The notes under the pieces were generated by a model. That model worked only from the letters and a program-made list of their open reading frames with translations. It ran no database searches and was not told the origin of the DNA. Shown here piece by piece: positions 61,116 through 64,000 of a stretch of DNA of 64,000 nucleotides. Within the stretch, counting starts at the first letter, position 1, and each line of letters begins with the position of its first letter. Both the position numbers and the translations under genes were made by a program. Source of the stretch: Selaginella moellendorffii (lineage: Eukaryota > Plantae > Lycopodiophyta); assembly GCF_000143415.4 (NCBI RefSeq), contig NW_003314274.1, forward strand, positions 562,806 through 626,805. The letters run 5' to 3'.

Positions 61116-63593
61116 TTAAACCTGTGAGAACAAAAGAGTGAGCCTGGTTCCATAGACGAAAGAAAGCTTACTAGTATGTATGGTATCTTGACGAGGAGGT
61201 AAGAGACACCGTAAAGTAGCGAAAAAATGGTACCACCGGAGACGACCATAAGGAAGAGCCGGTTGTTATCTTTGTTGGGCACGAACGCGCTCTTGAGCGT
61301 GTTGGTAAGCTCAAACAGCCGGTACGATACCTGTTACAAACAGAAGCACACCCAGTTTTAAGAGTTGAGCACATGCTCTTGCGTACCAGTATATAGATGG
61401 ACGTCGCAAGCATGAAGTTAAGCATGGGGTAGTCCGGTATGAATGACAAGAGGAGCTTTGGCTGTCCATTAGAAACTCCCGTCCTAATTACATAGATGAA
61501 CAGGAATTTAGCAAATGGTTGGCTGAAATAAAAGGAAACTGACCTCAGCCAGATGTGGAACTGTGCAATATAAGTTTCAAGAGTGATCTTTCCAAGCCAC
61601 CTGTAACGAAAAGACAGCAGATAATCATCCGCCGCAATGAAGTAGAGATTTCACTTACGCAAATAAGGTAAGGGACCAGTTCCGAAGGGGCTGAGAAACA
61701 TTTCTCAAAACAATATAGACGCTGTTATCCTGATGTAAGCACCAGAAACAAAAAGAGAGAGAGAGAGAGAGAGAACTAACACCTTATGGGAATCCACGAC
61801 GTGTAAGGATGTAGCTTGTTGTAACTCAACTTGTCTAACTTGTAAATGTGGACATACCATAGATATCCAACCTGCAATTCAACCGTTCGTTCTACTCTTC
61901 AACGAGGCGAAGTCTTACCAGTGAAGCAACAAACACGATGACCGACTTGTAGGTGAATTTCCGCCGACACTCAAGCTCCTCTAGTTTCTCAAGCCATCTT
62001 TCAACCTGCATAGACCTCAGTTACGGTCGAATCTGACAGCGCAGAAACTCATACCGTCGGATGGAAGTACGCACAAATCATCCCATATATCCAAATGTAG
62101 CGGTCAAGACCGGACCTAAAATGCCACTCATGTAGAACTGGGAGATCGGGCTTGCCAGGATCCGTATATTCTGCAAAGAAACACGAATAAAATGCCAAAA
62201 TAAAGTGGTGAAAGCTTACCCACAAGGAATGTGAATGGTCTCCATACAAAATCAAATACTCCTGGAACCTCCCACACAAGTATAACAACTGCAAAGCATG
62301 CGGCAATTTTCGCACCAATTACAGATGGAACTTCGTTATACTTGTTCAGGATTCCCAGGGAGCAATAAACCATCAATGTGAAGAGGGTATGCATAGGACA
62401 GATGTAGTAGAGCATGTAGCTGTTGTTGAGGACGATGCAGCAAAAGGTCACAAGAAAGTTGAGCCTCCACATCATCTGCAAGTGCGTTCACAAAGCATGA
62501 ACTTACGAGTGCAAAGAAGCAGTTACCTGAGCAAACCGACCCAGGCTGAAATCCTTTCGCACATAATAGTAGGAAAAGTTCCCGAATCCAGTCATCCAGA
62601 CATAACCCGCAATGAAGAGTCGTATAGCATTATAGATTTCAGCAGCCGCAAAATAATGGTACATCAAAAATAAAACCTGTCGAAAGAAAAGAAAATCAAC
62701 ACATCACCAAAAACCAAGTGGTATTCACCTGCATCCACCCTTTCCATTCCTCCGTTTGATGTCTGTTTAAATAAAGTATCGATTTTCCGGATGCAACAGA
62801 CTTCTCCGCATGCTTCTTTAAAGACGTTATTGAAGAAACGATAATTAAAAGAAAATAAAGGAAAACGAAGAGGTCTCTACTGTAATTCTGCAAGAAAGAA
62901 GCAACTATTCATCAGCACAAAAACCAGTAAAGCCAATTGGCATACCTTCTTCAACTCCCCAAATACATTGGTTCGGTCACAAATGTAGAAATAGCAGAGT
63001 AGACATCCAAATTCTGCACTGCCAGTTTCATAAAGAAAATAAAGACGTGAGCAAAAACACTTTCGTGACTCGTGATCATAAAAGAAGATCCTTACATTGC
63101 TCTCAACAGCGAACGATTTTCAACGAGAAAAGTTTCGTTGAGAGTGAAAAATCTGCCACAAAAGATATAAGAAAATCAGCGCACCGACAACACGGCAAGA
63201 AAACAATAAAGGCCTCACTTAAACAACTGCATTCTGATAGAAAAGCTGCCTTTGAGAGTGCCACTGACGGAGAATCCATTCTCAAGAAGACTGTCTTTCT
63301 CATTGTCTCTTCTTGGCCCATGCTCCAGCTCCGAGAGGTTAATATCCGAGTGACTGTAAGAAACTTTACCATTGTTAGAGACGATCAAAGCAAAATCGAC
63401 GTACTCACGCTTTGCCTGGCACTGGCTGCTTCCTATACTCAAGAAACTCCGAGTAAAGCCATGCTGTGAGCACGGGGATGAATCCCAAGACAAGAGCCAC
63501 CTACAAAAATTTTGGACTCATATATCCAATCTACATTCCCATGAGTAAATTCTAGCGTACCTGGCCAGTCGTCGGCGGGCTAATCTCCACCAT
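61116..63593 (-). CDS. RWA: Reduced Wall Acetylation (Cas1p-like O-acetylation protein), multi-exon
   Basis: [11 protein letters not shown] start; YSRDLF; [15 protein letters not shown]; MMWRLNF; [11 protein letters not shown]; [16 protein letters not shown]; [17 protein letters not shown]; [11 protein letters not shown]. Confidence 0.93.
61754..61773. repeat. (AG)n microsatellite in an RWA intron
   Basis: About 10 AG units. Confidence 0.85.
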
Positions 63594-64000
63594 TTCCAAA
63601 GCTGCTGCGAAAAGAACAATGGACGCTACCTCATCGGGCTCGGAAGCCCCGATCGATCGAAATCTCGCAGCTCCGGAATCGCACGGCGCTTAGATCCAGC
63701 CAAAACCTAGAGCCGCAGTAGATCCGAGCATCGAAATCTAGGCGCCGCTGGGCGATGGAGCTACCAAAATCGAATCGCGATAATCTGAAGCACGCGCCCT
63801 ACCTACACTCCCCACATCATTCTTTCTTACCCGCTCAAACAAAGAAAACTAAGCGCCTCTTTCTTAACGCTGCGGTGTGGACGGACAAGGACGGCTCATC
63901 GCCTAGCCATTCCGCCCCGTAACTCCTTGCGGGTGGCCCTAAATTGGTACATCAACATCCGGTGGTTGGATTGGAATTCTAGCCGTAAAGATTATATTCC

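Noticed and set aside
63809-64000. USE-like CCCCACATC and a possible ncRNA at the window end
   Set aside because: Poor match to the consensus, no correctly spaced TATA box and no recognisable RNA structure; no tRNA or rRNA seen anywhere in the window.

Overview
Compact land-plant nuclear DNA with 50-70 bp introns and GC-rich exons. The style suggests a lycophyte such as Selaginella, but that is inference. Two gene-dense blocks (1-8.6 kb and 29.2-64 kb) flank a ~20 kb AT-rich block of decayed transposons. Conserved genes: EMB2004-like LRR protein, uL18-like protein, RPN10, cytosolic HSP90 (1-bp frameshift), FEI-like LRR-RLK, CPK28-group CDPK, SRP receptor beta, CarB, Bax inhibitor-1, Coa1-domain protein, TBC RabGAP, BIM-like bHLH and RWA. 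Accessory content: (1) three intronless NPF/PTR transporter copies with a very short central loop; the two intact ones lack the ExxER motif and the third is broken by a retroelement end. (2) A complete-ended but dead Tcn1/Tf1-like chromovirus with a TAAAC target-site duplication, an apparent self-priming site and a -1 frameshift signal. (3) The best candidate for an undescribed system: a two-gene cassette present three times, made of an orphan signal-peptide/multi-TM protein followed by a Crinkler-like header-NTPase-PD-(D/E)xK nuclease gene. The membrane gene is intact in two copies, while every nuclease copy is damaged at its 5' end. The third copy sits inside a duplicated piece of BI-1 and has gained the BI-1 exon-2 splice acceptor in frame. 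All coordinates were read by eye; exon boundaries are approximate and no database searches were run.
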